Source: an uncultured Cyanobium sp.
GTDB taxonomy: Bacteria; Cyanobacteriota; Cyanobacteriia; PCC-6307; Cyanobiaceae
Direction: 5' to 3'
NCBI GenBank assembly: GCA_964492645.1
Contig: CAZBMT010000001.1
Coordinates: forward strand, 1 to 57,727
DNA: 57,727 nucleotides
Part shown: positions 46,401 to 56,094 of the stretch, piece by piece
Layout: each line of letters starts with the position of its first letter
How positions within the stretch are numbered: position 1 is the stretch's first letter
The notes under the pieces: generated by a model
The model's input: the letters and a program-made list of their open reading frames with translations, nothing else
The model's database searches: none
What the model was told of the DNA's origin: nothing
Made by a program: the position numbers and the translations under genes

Positions 46401-46863
46401 GCTGCTGCAGTACCTCTCGGCGGCATCGGGGCTGAGTCCGGCCAGGTTCACCGGCGGGCCTGTGGAGGCCGGCGGCCGCTACCGCATCAACGACGGCCCG
46501 GGCCGCGTGTCGTTGGGCCAGGAATCCTTCCTCTCGAAGGCCGGCGACCTGTCGCTGATCCGAAACCCGCTGAACAGCATGTGGACCGCGCCATCGGCGG
46601 GGATCGTGCTGCCGGCCGCGGTGACCGACACCCTCAAGGCCCGGGGGGCGTTCGCCGCTGGCGGCGGGGTCGCTCGCCGCGCAGCAGCAGCAGCTGGCGG
46701 GATCCGGCCGGGTGGGCAGGCCTCGACCGCTCGCCTCGAGCTGGCGGTGACCCACCTGGCGGCTGAGGTCCGGGCCCTTCGTGCCAAGGACTGGAACGTC
46801 ACCGCTCGCGTCCGCACCAGCAACGCCGGCGGGCAGCTGCGCATCCTCAACGCAACGCTATGA
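43408..46863 (+). CDS. Tape measure protein (TP901-type core)
   Basis: 1151 aa, helical Ala/Gln/Leu-rich; AAYDVVSSGF...TSVLNAYG...QTQNDGK; RFTGGPV near the C-terminus. Confidence 0.93.
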   Translation: MTDFVVEGGFDDRQILEGFKKLVVQGEEAGRKVGAGFQDQLNRFGKRSIAALQDDLGRLQARQLRLNVDSAAFTKTGERIKELQKLIDLASQKQLSLKFNPGSINALTAKLQELQARSLNLKVNSNEYRDAQAQVQALQRRIETLGRAPVKAGSLDALNQQLQRLETRRLSLNVNSAAFGKAEQQIRAVQERIEQVNNRRLLLNADPRSVLVLRARLQEINQQLERVAIGSRAFQRLTREARAAEEAIQRASGATKGIGIGLDAILPAAGALGILLAIGRALTFIATESSKLDSASAAIRTLGGNSAELESRLLAVSRATDSAISQTELVRAAYDVVSSGFVEAADAAQILQAANLGAVGGFSDIDTVANATTSVLNAYGLAADQAGRLIDGFIQTQNDGKIVLAEYAQQIGKLAPIAAAAGVSIEEVNAAIAVATVAGVRPEAAITGLRQAIGAIIKPSEQAEELASRLGIGFSAQALKAKGLTGVLADVAAATKGSSGLNLELFGSVEALTAIQPSLTSSLEKYTKALENQKNATGVAKKANDEVADTVEGATKRIKGAIANLASSVGTSVMQDAIPALNFLSKSIEDLQSVTEATRLQEAFGFSTQEALQLVGTLRSIEERYKLSAQEAKNLLSNAVANSGAARDWFGNLRAGGENFGRVQEGLIAQAIDWSSKRTAGAKAAAAAEDEVSLSLEEQVAILRQLGASREALTKQQQQVPLAQLGAQLQGAQSLVTFATALADLEESRFATVRARNQFEIDNAAKLGITQEGIAQREAANLELQKQGLIARYKATLQQQQLEQVTLGLKQRQAQIEAQLLVLDQQRAVIKAKRELASANASLDAQRIADAQNLLQQEKISLGLVEQKLDILNKIAPVERLVAQATAETAQQQLLAQGATLGIEQQLRNITPLQQAYSNAWRDVVQNAAKVPDGLNTINRLTTGAANAAEDLGSGFIQVGDKVKTFGASRIDRVTDDAAGSARSFAASMDDAAGSAQRLLQYLSAASGLSPARFTGGPVEAGGRYRINDGPGRVSLGQESFLSKAGDLSLIRNPLNSMWTAPSAGIVLPAAVTDTLKARGAFAAGGGVARRAAAAAGGIRPGGQASTARLELAVTHLAAEVRALRAKDWNVTARVRTSNAGGQLRILNATL

Positions 46864-47618
46864 CCGTCACCATCGACGCCCTCACCATCGGCAAGCTGCA
46901 GGCGCGGCCTGTCAGCTACGAGGAGGTCAACACCCGGCAGGGCGTAGCCGTGCGCGCCTGGGACATCGAGGGGATCCTCAGCAGCGCCGACGCGGCCGCC
47001 GTCTCCAATGCGTTCGAGACCTGGCTGGCGGCCCGCATCACCGAGAGCGACTCGCTCCTCACCGGCACCACCGGCACCACCGTCGCCTTCACCGGCAACG
47101 ACGGCACCCGCAGCTGGAGCAACGTCGCCACATGGTGGGACGCCGCACCGTCGATCCAGCGCACTGGCATCCGCTGGCGAGTCACCTTCCGGCTGGTGCA
47201 CGCCGCCGACGCGCTGGCGGCACTGCTGCGCGATCAGGAGCTCTCCCGCGAACGGGACGACGCCCTCGCACCCACCTTCAGCAGCATCACGATCGGCGGC
47301 GTGGCGCTGACGATCGTGCAGGAGCCGGAAGGCCGAGACGAAGGCCCCACAGTGGCCACCGCCGCCACCGGCACCGACCTGATCGAAGGGCCGCTGCGGC
47401 GGGTGCGGATCCGCAACATCGTCGGCTATGGCCCCAACGCCGGCCGCACCGACTTCGACACCCTCCTCGACTGGTACGACGCCGCCGTCGCCAGCCGGCC
47501 CGCCAGTGGCGCCTGGTTCCCGATCTCACCGCCGACGGCTGAGCTGCAGGTGATCGTCAACGGCGGCGTGAAGACCACCCGCTACCTGATCAAACTGCAG
47601 GTGAGGTGGTTCGAGTGA
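46860..47618 (+). CDS. Putative distal tail protein
   Basis: Immediately after the tape measure; ATGA overlap. Confidence 0.6.
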   Translation: MTVTIDALTIGKLQARPVSYEEVNTRQGVAVRAWDIEGILSSADAAAVSNAFETWLAARITESDSLLTGTTGTTVAFTGNDGTRSWSNVATWWDAAPSIQRTGIRWRVTFRLVHAADALAALLRDQELSRERDDALAPTFSSITIGGVALTIVQEPEGRDEGPTVATAATGTDLIEGPLRRVRIRNIVGYGPNAGRTDFDTLLDWYDAAVASRPASGAWFPISPPTAELQVIVNGGVKTTRYLIKLQVRWFE

Positions 47619-50203
47619 CAGTCGACGCACGCTGCCTGATCGCCACCGACCTCGGCACGCTGCTCGACGGCAGCGGCCTGTCGGAAGACCACGCGCAGGA
47701 AACGGGCCTGGTCACCTACCGCGGGACCTTCATCTTCGACGGCCTCCACACTCCCGCCCGGGGGCGCGTAATCCAGGTGGCCTATGCCCGGCCGCAGTAC
47801 GGCGCCAGCGGCACCCTGACGCGGCTCTACCCCCGCCTGCACGTCATTTCAAGCAGCGCCGATCCGTTCGCCAACGGCGGGAACGGCATCACCACCGTGG
47901 AGGTGGGGTGCCTGCTCACCTTGATGGCCGAACGCCGCGATGCCATCACCTACAGGGCGATCGATCATCCGCCCGCCTGGTGGTCGGCCCTTTCGGCGGA
48001 TCGCCGCGCCGTGGTGCCACCGACGATCGCCGCGCAGGGCGTGATCGAGTTCTGCCTCGATCGCCTCGGCATCACCCTTGCCCCCGGCAGTGCCACCAGC
48101 GCCGACACCTTCCTCCGGGATGAGATCGACCTGTCCGAAGGGTATGTGCAGGTGCTGAGCGGCCTGCTGAAGGACTCGCTCCTGGTGGGCCACATGACCC
48201 CGGCCGGCGAGCTGCTGGTGCAGACCATCGCCCTGGGCCCTGGCACCGGGCCGGTGCTGACCCGCGACAACCTGATCAGCCTGCAGCCGATCAACGATCG
48301 CGCCGGCGCCGAGCAGGTCACCGTCGAGTTCGACGCCTTCGAGGCGCCGAACAACGCCAACCCCGGCAGCATCGACATCAACAGCGATGAGCAGAAGCTC
48401 AGGGACTGGGAGTTCGATCAGACCATCGGCCCGCCGACGACGTATGAGATCATCATGTACGGCCGGGTCTTCCGAATTGGTGTCCCCACGGATGATCCGC
48501 TACCGGAACCGACCCGGTACTTGGTTCCTGTGGAAGCGTCCCAGATTTCGGAAACCAGGACGCAATATCAAACATTTACCTATACAGACGCTGAGGGCAA
48601 GCAGCAAAGTCAAGACCTAGCCATTAAACGCACGACCTCGACGCGGGTAAGCGTCGAGGATAAACTCTATTTCAGAACTAGCGATAAGTTCTTCGTCCCG
48701 CCATCCGGGGCAATCCCTTATGGCACTGATGGAATCACTGAATACACCTATGAGGTGACACCAGAGGGCCCGAGGCTCAAATCTGAGCTGACCCGAACAT
48801 TTAGCTCATCGCCTAGATTTGTTACATCATTGCCAGTCGAAGACTACGTCATCGAAAACGACGTGGTTCCGCTGCCTGCCGGTGCCTTTGAGGTGTCGCG
48901 GGTACTGGTCGAGAACGAAGTCGATGAGGTGTCAGGGCTGACCAAACGCAAGACGACGCGATGGGCGGCAAGCTCCAAGACGCAATCTGGCAGTCAGGCT
49001 TCACGATTCGCCTTCGAGAGCGTCGCCACCATTGAGGAGTTCAACAGCGCCGTCGACGCTGCCACGCCCCTGGTGATGGAAGGGACGGAAGTGACGATCA
49101 GCCTGGGCCGCCAGTCGGGGTTGCAGTCCCGCCCCAGCGCTCAGGCCCGCCAGCGCGACGCGCTCGGTGGTGCGCTCCGCGACGACAACAGCCTGAGCAA
49201 TTCTGGGCTGGTGGCGACGAGCTACGGGCAGCGTGCGCCGCAGACGGTGACGGCAACCTATGCCTTCGGTGACGCCAGCCCGGACCTGTGGAACACCGCC
49301 ACCTACCGCCTCACCTATGCCCCTGACGACACGATCACCGCGGTGAACGGCACCAGCGCCGGCATCGTCGATCTCACCCTCCTCCGAGGCAACGCTCGCG
49401 GCCGTGCGCTGGAGTACGGGCGGATTCAGAACACGATCGCCTTCGGCCATGCCAACGGCATCGAGGCCACCACTGCCGCCTGGGAGCTGCCGTCGCCGCC
49501 GTTCGCGCCGGTCTACCTGGACGTGGCGGGGCTGAGCACCGCGTTCCGCGTCCATGGCCGCAACTGGGTGGCGCAGAACGGTTGCATGGTGCTCACCGCT
49601 GACCTGATGTTCGTCGGCACCGTCGGCAGGCTGAGCGGGGCGACGCCGACGCCATGGATGCCGCTCACCTCCGACCCGATGGCCTTACCGGTGATCGGTG
49701 CGCCAACCGGCAGTGGCGACATCACTCCGGCGAACACGATCACCCTGCCCGGTGGGTTTGACGCTGATGCGCCGGGGACGGTGTGGGCCAGCCTGCCGGA
49801 CGACGGCGTCGACACCTACGGGCCCAGGCGGACACCGGGATCGATCAACCCGCCGTATGTGCAGGCGGTGGAGATCACCGCCACCAGTCGGAGCGCTGTC
49901 GTCGTCACAGAGCTGCCGTACTCAGTGGCGCCGGTCACCGAAGACGTCCTGGTGGTGAGCCGCCATCACGCCTACGCGCAGGAGATCGTCGTCGAGAACA
50001 TCACGGCGGTCAGCCGCTGTCGAGCATTTGCGGTGGAAGTCGAGACAATCACCTCCACCAGCCGCAGCAGGGCCTACATCGAGCTGGCAGCGTCCACCGA
50101 CCTGATCACCGCCACCAGCCGTTGCCGTGCGGTGGTCGACGAGGTTGCACCCGGAAAACTATTCCTGTTCCCGGTTGACCCCCTGGGGTTGTTCCCCCTG
50201 TAA
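47615..50203 (+). CDS. Tail tip/baseplate hub protein
   Basis: About 860 aa, Thr/Ser-rich; position; C-terminal ITATSRS repeats. Confidence 0.65.
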   Translation: MTVDARCLIATDLGTLLDGSGLSEDHAQETGLVTYRGTFIFDGLHTPARGRVIQVAYARPQYGASGTLTRLYPRLHVISSSADPFANGGNGITTVEVGCLLTLMAERRDAITYRAIDHPPAWWSALSADRRAVVPPTIAAQGVIEFCLDRLGITLAPGSATSADTFLRDEIDLSEGYVQVLSGLLKDSLLVGHMTPAGELLVQTIALGPGTGPVLTRDNLISLQPINDRAGAEQVTVEFDAFEAPNNANPGSIDINSDEQKLRDWEFDQTIGPPTTYEIIMYGRVFRIGVPTDDPLPEPTRYLVPVEASQISETRTQYQTFTYTDAEGKQQSQDLAIKRTTSTRVSVEDKLYFRTSDKFFVPPSGAIPYGTDGITEYTYEVTPEGPRLKSELTRTFSSSPRFVTSLPVEDYVIENDVVPLPAGAFEVSRVLVENEVDEVSGLTKRKTTRWAASSKTQSGSQASRFAFESVATIEEFNSAVDAATPLVMEGTEVTISLGRQSGLQSRPSAQARQRDALGGALRDDNSLSNSGLVATSYGQRAPQTVTATYAFGDASPDLWNTATYRLTYAPDDTITAVNGTSAGIVDLTLLRGNARGRALEYGRIQNTIAFGHANGIEATTAAWELPSPPFAPVYLDVAGLSTAFRVHGRNWVAQNGCMVLTADLMFVGTVGRLSGATPTPWMPLTSDPMALPVIGAPTGSGDITPANTITLPGGFDADAPGTVWASLPDDGVDTYGPRRTPGSINPPYVQAVEITATSRSAVVVTELPYSVAPVTEDVLVVSRHHAYAQEIVVENITAVSRCRAFAVEVETITSTSRSRAYIELAASTDLITATSRCRAVVDEVAPGKLFLFPVDPLGLFPL

Positions 50204-50205
50204 CC

Positions 50206-50559
50206 ATGGCCATCATCCGCGGCAGACTCGCCAACATCCAGACGCTGCCCGCAACGGTCGGCAGCATCTACACCAACCCGGCCAGTACGAAAACGTTTAT
50301 CAGTGGCTTCACGCTCTTTAACAGCCACACCGCTGCTGAAACGGTGAAGCTGTACAACGTGCCAGATTCCGGCGGCAGCCTTGGCACGGCAGCCGCGACC
50401 AACCAGTTTCTGGAAGTAGTACTGGCGGCCAAAGAGATGTTCATCTACGAGGCGCCATCTGATGGGATCGTGCTGGAAGACACCAATGACAGCATCCAGG
50501 CGGTCACCAACGGCGCCAACCGCGTCACGGTGATCATCCATGGGGTTAAAGACGCCTGA
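50206..50559 (+). CDS. Small virion structural protein
   Basis: IYTNPASTKTFI...IVLEDTNDSIQA pattern. Confidence 0.6.
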   Translation: MAIIRGRLANIQTLPATVGSIYTNPASTKTFISGFTLFNSHTAAETVKLYNVPDSGGSLGTAAATNQFLEVVLAAKEMFIYEAPSDGIVLEDTNDSIQAVTNGANRVTVIIHGVKDA

Positions 50560-51269
50560 TGGCTGGACTGATCCGTATTGCGAGCCGCTCAAGCGGGGAT
50601 GCCATCTTGAAGCATGGCGGGAGGATCGCGCCGACCGGGCGGCGCTTCTACGGCCCGGCTTCAGTTGAGGAGGTTGACTACAGCGGCAAGAAACTGGCCC
50701 TGTTGCTTGAGGGGCCGAATGGAAGCACAACGTTTACGGACGGCGGTGCTAATGCCTATGAGATCACGTCAAACAATGGTGCATCCATCACGACCAGCAC
50801 CTTTGTGCAGGGCTCTGCCAGCGGCAGCTTCGTCAGGGCAAGCGGTCAGTTCCTGTCTTTCAGTGGTGCGTCTGCGCTTACCTTGTCAGGGAACTTCCGC
50901 GTTACGTTTAGCGCGAGGTTCACATCCTTGCCAACGCCTGGCCAGGTGTGGACGGTTATCACGGGAACTGGCTTTGGCTTTGGCTATGTCCGCTTCCAAA
51001 ACACTGGCAGCGGTATTGTCCTACAGATAAGTGCGCCGTATTCCTCTCAGAATAATGCGTCCTCCCCGCTGTCTCTTTCACTAAACCAGTGGTACGACTT
51101 TGAGGTGGAGCGGGTTGGAAGCACTATTACCTTCAGGCAAGACGCGGTGAGCGTTGGCACCAGCACCAGCACAGCCACCTTTGACCTTGCCGTTGGGGGG
51201 ACGAACATCGGCGGCCTCGGGGCGAGCAACAACTTTGACGGGCAGCTTGACGCGCTGGTTATCGGGTGA
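50559..51269 (+). CDS. Concanavalin A/LamG-like domain tail protein (receptor-binding candidate)
   Basis: LLLEGPNGSTTFTD...LNQWYDFEVERVGSTI...IGG...FDGQLD. Confidence 0.78.
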   Translation: MAGLIRIASRSSGDAILKHGGRIAPTGRRFYGPASVEEVDYSGKKLALLLEGPNGSTTFTDGGANAYEITSNNGASITTSTFVQGSASGSFVRASGQFLSFSGASALTLSGNFRVTFSARFTSLPTPGQVWTVITGTGFGFGYVRFQNTGSGIVLQISAPYSSQNNASSPLSLSLNQWYDFEVERVGSTITFRQDAVSVGTSTSTATFDLAVGGTNIGGLGASNNFDGQLDALVIG

Positions 51270-51305
51270 TCACCGGAAAACTGAGATAGCTGCCAACCAC
51301 CGATA

Positions 51306-51707
51306 ATGTCTCTCACCGCGATCGTTCCCCAGCGTGAGCTGGCGCACCAGGCGGCCCTGGCCTTCGAGGGGGAGACCTACAAGGTGTTTCTGGCGTTGAA
51401 CCCTGGGTCTCTGACTGCCGAGGATGATATCGCCGACTGGGAGGCGGTCGAGGTTTCCGGTGGCGGCTATGAGGCGCAGACCGGCACGATCGGCGCTGGG
51501 TCTTGGAGCACACCGAACGGACGGTATGAGCTCCCGCTGCTCACGATCACCGTCACCGCCACTGGCGCAGGATTCTCCTACGACAGCGTGGTACTCAAGG
51601 TGGGAAGCAGGACGCATGTGGCCAACCTCACCACCCTGCCAAGCACCGTGGCGCTGGCCGCTGGCCAGTCTCGGACGTACAACGTCCGGCTGACCCAGGA
51701 CGACTGA
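51306..51707 (+). CDS. Minor tail protein
   Basis: WEAVEVSGGGY...LAAGQS; motif upstream. Confidence 0.6.
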   Translation: MSLTAIVPQRELAHQAALAFEGETYKVFLALNPGSLTAEDDIADWEAVEVSGGGYEAQTGTIGAGSWSTPNGRYELPLLTITVTATGAGFSYDSVVLKVGSRTHVANLTTLPSTVALAAGQSRTYNVRLTQDD

Positions 51708-51709
51708 CC

Positions 51710-53101
51710 ATGGGCCTGCTCGTTGATGTTTCCATCGCAGCAGCGTCGATCGTCGATGCGGCATGGGAGCGGGCGACCGCGAACCGTGAAAGGCTGCGGC
51801 GTCGCCTGGATGTGCAGGCGGTGCGGGAGGAGCCAGCAGTCAACCGGATCAATGGGCGCAGCAGCGGACTGGGGTGGGAACAGCGATACACCACGCCAAC
51901 GCCACTGCAGTACCGGCCAGATGAGCCAGTGGCGTATCCATCTTCATCACCACGCCCTGCCACGTATCCGGCGGCCGTGGGCTATACCGCCTTGGAGTTC
52001 AACGGGGGGCCAGGAGACAACACGATCCGCGTGTGGCCGGCAGAGGGCGACATTCCCGTTTCGGTGTCCTTGCCCAACACAGCTCTGGCACCTCTTGGCT
52101 CAGATGAGGCCATTGAGCTACGCCCGCAGGTGCCATATGCCGGTGGGTCGCCGCCTCCAGATGGGACGGTGATCGTCGAAAGCGATCTGCCTGGAAGCGG
52201 CAGCCTGACCTACGACTCTGGTGCTTCGATCGTGCGGCACTATGGCAGGTATCAGAGCGTCGTGGTGCAGGAGTTTCAGTTGCCAGTAGGCAAGAGCCTG
52301 ATGATCCATTGTGTCTGGAGCCGCCAGCGAGTTAAGACCGCTGTCTTTGACAGCGTAGAGCTTGGATTCACTGGCGAATGGGTATCGATCGGGCCTCATC
52401 CGGTTACTGGCGAAAACAGGCTTAGGTGGACAAACACCGCGCAGGGGCCAAACTATCCGTCGCTGGCGATCACAGACGACACCGACTTTACCGTGGGCAA
52501 GTGCGTTCTCGTCGGAAAGAGATCGGCGCGGGAAATCCCGATGCCTGGAGCCTTGCTGGATTTGCTCGACACTATCTACCCGCCGCCGTCTTTCGTAGAG
52601 CCCGTTCCGTTTATTGCCAGCGGGCCTGACAGCCTTGGGCAAGTCTCCTATGGGATCTTCTTCTACGCGGATGGATCGGGGTTCATTCAGCCTGGCCCAT
52701 GCTGGGACATTGCCATGCAGAAGCCGTCGCGCTGGCGCTTTGGCGCAGGCTGCGGGGCTGGCATCTTCAAGACATTGCGTAACCCATCAGAGATTGACGA
52801 CCCAGAAAGTCAGTCCAACGCTGACGCTGAGGCCTTCCTGGAAAGCGAGAATCCTCCCGGCTTTGAGCTTGTGCAGTGTGCGCTGGATGGCTCCTGTGAT
52901 GCCGAAAGGCAGTCTTTTGACATTTTGCTGAATCCAGGCGGAGATCCGCCTGCGTTTAAGCGGAACGCAGCGAGTACATGGCGACCGGGGGATGGGTCTC
53001 TCAGCGGCTTGCAGATCGCCGCCTGGGACTGGGGGAAGCGTGCCTACTGCCGTGAGCAGCTGCTAGACCTTGGGTTCCGGCCTGAGGATCTTGCGCTATG
53101 A
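51710..53101 (+). CDS. Structural protein (tail tip region)
   Basis: 463 aa; C-terminal WDWGKRAYCREQLLDLGF. Confidence 0.6.
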   Translation: MGLLVDVSIAAASIVDAAWERATANRERLRRRLDVQAVREEPAVNRINGRSSGLGWEQRYTTPTPLQYRPDEPVAYPSSSPRPATYPAAVGYTALEFNGGPGDNTIRVWPAEGDIPVSVSLPNTALAPLGSDEAIELRPQVPYAGGSPPPDGTVIVESDLPGSGSLTYDSGASIVRHYGRYQSVVVQEFQLPVGKSLMIHCVWSRQRVKTAVFDSVELGFTGEWVSIGPHPVTGENRLRWTNTAQGPNYPSLAITDDTDFTVGKCVLVGKRSAREIPMPGALLDLLDTIYPPPSFVEPVPFIASGPDSLGQVSYGIFFYADGSGFIQPGPCWDIAMQKPSRWRFGAGCGAGIFKTLRNPSEIDDPESQSNADAEAFLESENPPGFELVQCALDGSCDAERQSFDILLNPGGDPPAFKRNAASTWRPGDGSLSGLQIAAWDWGKRAYCREQLLDLGFRPEDLAL

Positions 53102-53244
53102 ACACCGCAACCCAAGACGAGGGCGTCCAGGCCGCTGTGGAGGCCGCACAGCTTCGCGCAGCCGCCAACCAGTACCGCCTCAAGATGCGCCAGCACCTGC
53201 AGCAGTTGCGGCAGATCAAGAGCGACGCCAGACCGCAACGCTGA
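53098..53244 (+). CDS. 48-aa hypothetical protein
   Basis: Read by hand: MNTATQDEGVQAAVEAAQLRAAANQYRLK...; ATGA overlap. Confidence 0.5.
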   Translation: MNTATQDEGVQAAVEAAQLRAAANQYRLKMRQHLQQLRQIKSDARPQR

Positions 53245-53292
53245 GCAACCGGGAAAACTCTCGTTGCAATCAATGGCGCGATGCCGACTGCA

Positions 53293-54102
53293 ATGTCCCA
53301 TTTTCTCAAGGCCCTTTACGGCCGGGTGCCCTGCCGCCCGATGTTCTTCACCGTCGATCCAGACCCCACCGGTGAACCCGATGGCGGTGGCGGTGGCGGC
53401 GACGACGGTGACACCGATGACGACGATGATGATGAGGAACTGGGCCCCCAGGGCGCCAAGGCCCTCAAGAACACCCGCAGGGAACTGCGCGAGGCGAAGC
53501 GGGAGGCGGCAACCCTGAAGCGCCAGCTGGATGCCCTGAAGGGCAACGTCAGCCCTGAGGTGCTGAAGGCAGCGCAGGACGCTGCCGACGAAGCGCAGCG
53601 GAAGGCCGAAGCCAAAGACCAGGAGCTGAACCAGGAGCGCACCAGACTCACCACGCTGCATCGCACCCAGCTGCAGCAGGCCAACAGTCGCGCCGAGGCC
53701 GCTGAGCTCAGGGCCACCCAGAAGACCATCGAGTTCCTGACCAAGGAACAGTTCTTCGCCGTGGGCGGTGACGAATCGATCGACGAGGGAGGCCTCAGCT
53801 CGTTCCAGCTGTTCATGAACTCCAGGGGGCACAAGCACCTGCGGATCGACAAGGACGAGCGGCTCTATGTGGTCGACGCCAACGGCGACGAGCTGATGGA
53901 CGAGAAGGGCAACCCGGTCAAGGTCACGGACTGGATCACCCAGCAGGCCGATTCCAGCCCGGTGCTGGCGCGGCTGTTCAAGCCTCGCCAGGGCGAGGGC
54001 AGCGGGATGACCTCCTCGAGCGGCAACGTTCGCGGGGTTCGCGGCCCTGACCTGACGAAGCTCAACCACCAGCAGACGCTGGAGGCTGCCTGGCCGGACT
54101 GA
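53293..54102 (+). CDS. Capsid scaffolding protein
   Basis: Gly/Asp-rich N-terminus, long coiled coil, LFKPRQGEGSG; upstream of the capsid gene; alternative start 53281. Confidence 0.8.
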   Translation: MSHFLKALYGRVPCRPMFFTVDPDPTGEPDGGGGGGDDGDTDDDDDDEELGPQGAKALKNTRRELREAKREAATLKRQLDALKGNVSPEVLKAAQDAADEAQRKAEAKDQELNQERTRLTTLHRTQLQQANSRAEAAELRATQKTIEFLTKEQFFAVGGDESIDEGGLSSFQLFMNSRGHKHLRIDKDERLYVVDANGDELMDEKGNPVKVTDWITQQADSSPVLARLFKPRQGEGSGMTSSSGNVRGVRGPDLTKLNHQQTLEAAWPD

Positions 54103-54326
54103 CCCTCGGCTCGCTGCGAGGGGCGCTGGCGGGGATCGCCGGGGCCCTTTGTGGCTGAGCAGGGAAAACTCAAGCAGAGGCCGCTGAGCGGTTCGCTCAG
54201 CGGCAGGGCAAGCAGGGCGCGATGCCCGCCTGACCTGCAGGCCGACACAACCCATTCCTGGTCGACCGGAAGGCGCGATGCCGAAGGGAGCCAACCCCCG
54301 CATCCACCGTTCCCTGTGTCATCGAC

Positions 54327-55265
54327 ATGGCCGTTCTCAATCTGTTCGAGCAGCTGCAGCTGGCGACTGACGCCAAGGTGCGTTCCGTCATCAGCGGGCT
54401 GATTCTTGGCGAGCTTCCTCGCCTGATGCCGTTCAAGAACATCGAAGGCGGCGCCTATCCCTTCCTGCAGGATGACGAGCTGCCCGATGCCGACTTCCGC
54501 GCCTTCGACGAGAAGAACGAAGACAGCCTCGGCTCGACCAAGCCCCAGGCCGAGGTGCTCAAAATCTTCGGCAAGGACATCAAGACCGACAGCTCCAAGA
54601 TCGCTCTCTACGGTGTCGGCGCTCACCGCCGGCAGGTGGATCAAGCCACCCGGGCAATGCGTCACCGACTGGAGGAGACGATCCTCAACGGCAACGCCTC
54701 CACGCCCAATGCTCGCGTGTTCGACGGCCTGCGGATGCGCCTGCCGGTCGGCAGCTCCCAGTACCTCCCCAACCATGCCACGGCGGGCCCCCCGTCCCTG
54801 GCGGCCGTCGATGAGCTTCTCGACGCAGTCGACGCGCCCAACAGCGAGATGGTCTTGGTGGTACCAAAGAGCATCCGCCGCGGGTTTTCGGCCGCCGCTC
54901 GCAACCCGGCCCTCGCCGGCAACATCGACTTTCGGCCAGACGAGTTCGGCAAGCAGGTCATGTTCTACAACGAGGCCCGCATCGTCACTACCGACGTGAA
55001 CGGCCGGAAGCAGCCCATTCAGGGCTACACCGAGGCGAATGACACCACCTCGATCTACGCCTGTGCGTTCGGTGACGGGATGCTTTGCGGCATCCAGGGC
55101 AGGAACACCCGTGGCGGTTATGGCCTGGACGTGTACGACGTGGGCGAAATGCACGTCACCCCCACGTTCATGACTCGGATCGTCTGGCACATTTCCATGG
55201 TCATGGAGAACGAGCGGGCAGCCGCCCGCCTTGGGAACATCACCAACGCCGCCTTTGTTGCCTGA
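54327..55265 (+). CDS. Major capsid protein (HK97 fold)
   Basis: MPFKNIEGGAY...LPDADFRAF...LKIFG...FDGLRMRL...TSIYACAFG...AAARLGNITN. Confidence 0.88.
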   Translation: MAVLNLFEQLQLATDAKVRSVISGLILGELPRLMPFKNIEGGAYPFLQDDELPDADFRAFDEKNEDSLGSTKPQAEVLKIFGKDIKTDSSKIALYGVGAHRRQVDQATRAMRHRLEETILNGNASTPNARVFDGLRMRLPVGSSQYLPNHATAGPPSLAAVDELLDAVDAPNSEMVLVVPKSIRRGFSAAARNPALAGNIDFRPDEFGKQVMFYNEARIVTTDVNGRKQPIQGYTEANDTTSIYACAFGDGMLCGIQGRNTRGGYGLDVYDVGEMHVTPTFMTRIVWHISMVMENERAAARLGNITNAAFVA

Positions 55266-55311
55266 TCACTGATCAGGTTCACCCGTTCATTCGCCCCATC
55301 GCCTTTTCATC

Positions 55312-56031
55312 ATGTCTCGCGCCTTTGGCATGCCCGTTCGTCGGGCCAACCACATCGATCTGGAGTCCATCCTGCTTGGCGCCGTCCGTGGCGGCGAGGA
55401 CACTCCCGCCGGCACCCGTGACGGCTCGGCCCGGTACCTGACCCGGAAGCTCAACGCCAACGACGTCTTCAAGGTCTGCCTGCTCGGCGCCACCGCTGCC
55501 GCTGCCGGCGGCTACCTCATCGAGGTGGTTCACCTGGAGCCTGGCGAAACCGTCGCCAGCTGCGACTGGGAACTGATCGGCACCATCGAGGCTGCCGGCG
55601 TTGCCGAGGTCGAGGCCGCCTTCAGCGGCAAGGACATCGGCGCACAGGCCCTGGCCGCCGCCACCCGCCGGATTTTGACCTTGGGCGCCATCACTGCCGG
55701 CTCTGGGTACACCGGCGCCGGCACCTACAGCAACGTCCCCCTGACCGGCGGCAGCGGCACCGGCGCCCAGGCCACCATCGTGGTGGCCGGTGGTGCCGTT
55801 ACCGGCGTCACCATCACCAAGCGGGGTCGCGGGTACACGGCCGGCAACACCCTGTCGGCGGCTGCCGCCAACATCGGCGGTGCCGGTTCCGGCTTCTCCA
55901 TCCCGGTGAGCACGGTAGGCACGCCCCAGGAGCCCCGCGTCATGGGCATCCGCCTGGTGGCTGGCACCGGCTCCAACGGCGCCGCCGTCCCGTCGAACAT
56001 CGGCATGGTCTGGGTGGCGCCCGTCGCCTGA
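55312..56031 (+). CDS. Capsid decoration/minor structural protein with Gly/Thr-rich insert
   Basis: Follows the capsid gene; AGSGYTG...VPLTGGSGTGAQATIVV...GRGYTAG. Confidence 0.6.
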   Translation: MSRAFGMPVRRANHIDLESILLGAVRGGEDTPAGTRDGSARYLTRKLNANDVFKVCLLGATAAAAGGYLIEVVHLEPGETVASCDWELIGTIEAAGVAEVEAAFSGKDIGAQALAAATRRILTLGAITAGSGYTGAGTYSNVPLTGGSGTGAQATIVVAGGAVTGVTITKRGRGYTAGNTLSAAAANIGGAGSGFSIPVSTVGTPQEPRVMGIRLVAGTGSNGAAVPSNIGMVWVAPVA

Positions 56032-56094
56032 GCCAGCTGATCACCTGGGGCCCTGCGGGGCCCTCGCCATTTCGTTCGCAAGCTGAGCAGAACT

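Noticed and set aside
43372-46755. 1127-aa minus-strand ORF and similar long shadow ORFs (e.g. 1929-2783, 22114-23667, 36114-37424, 53044-54303)
   Set aside because: Antisense shadows of well-supported genes in high-GC DNA, with no recognisable motifs
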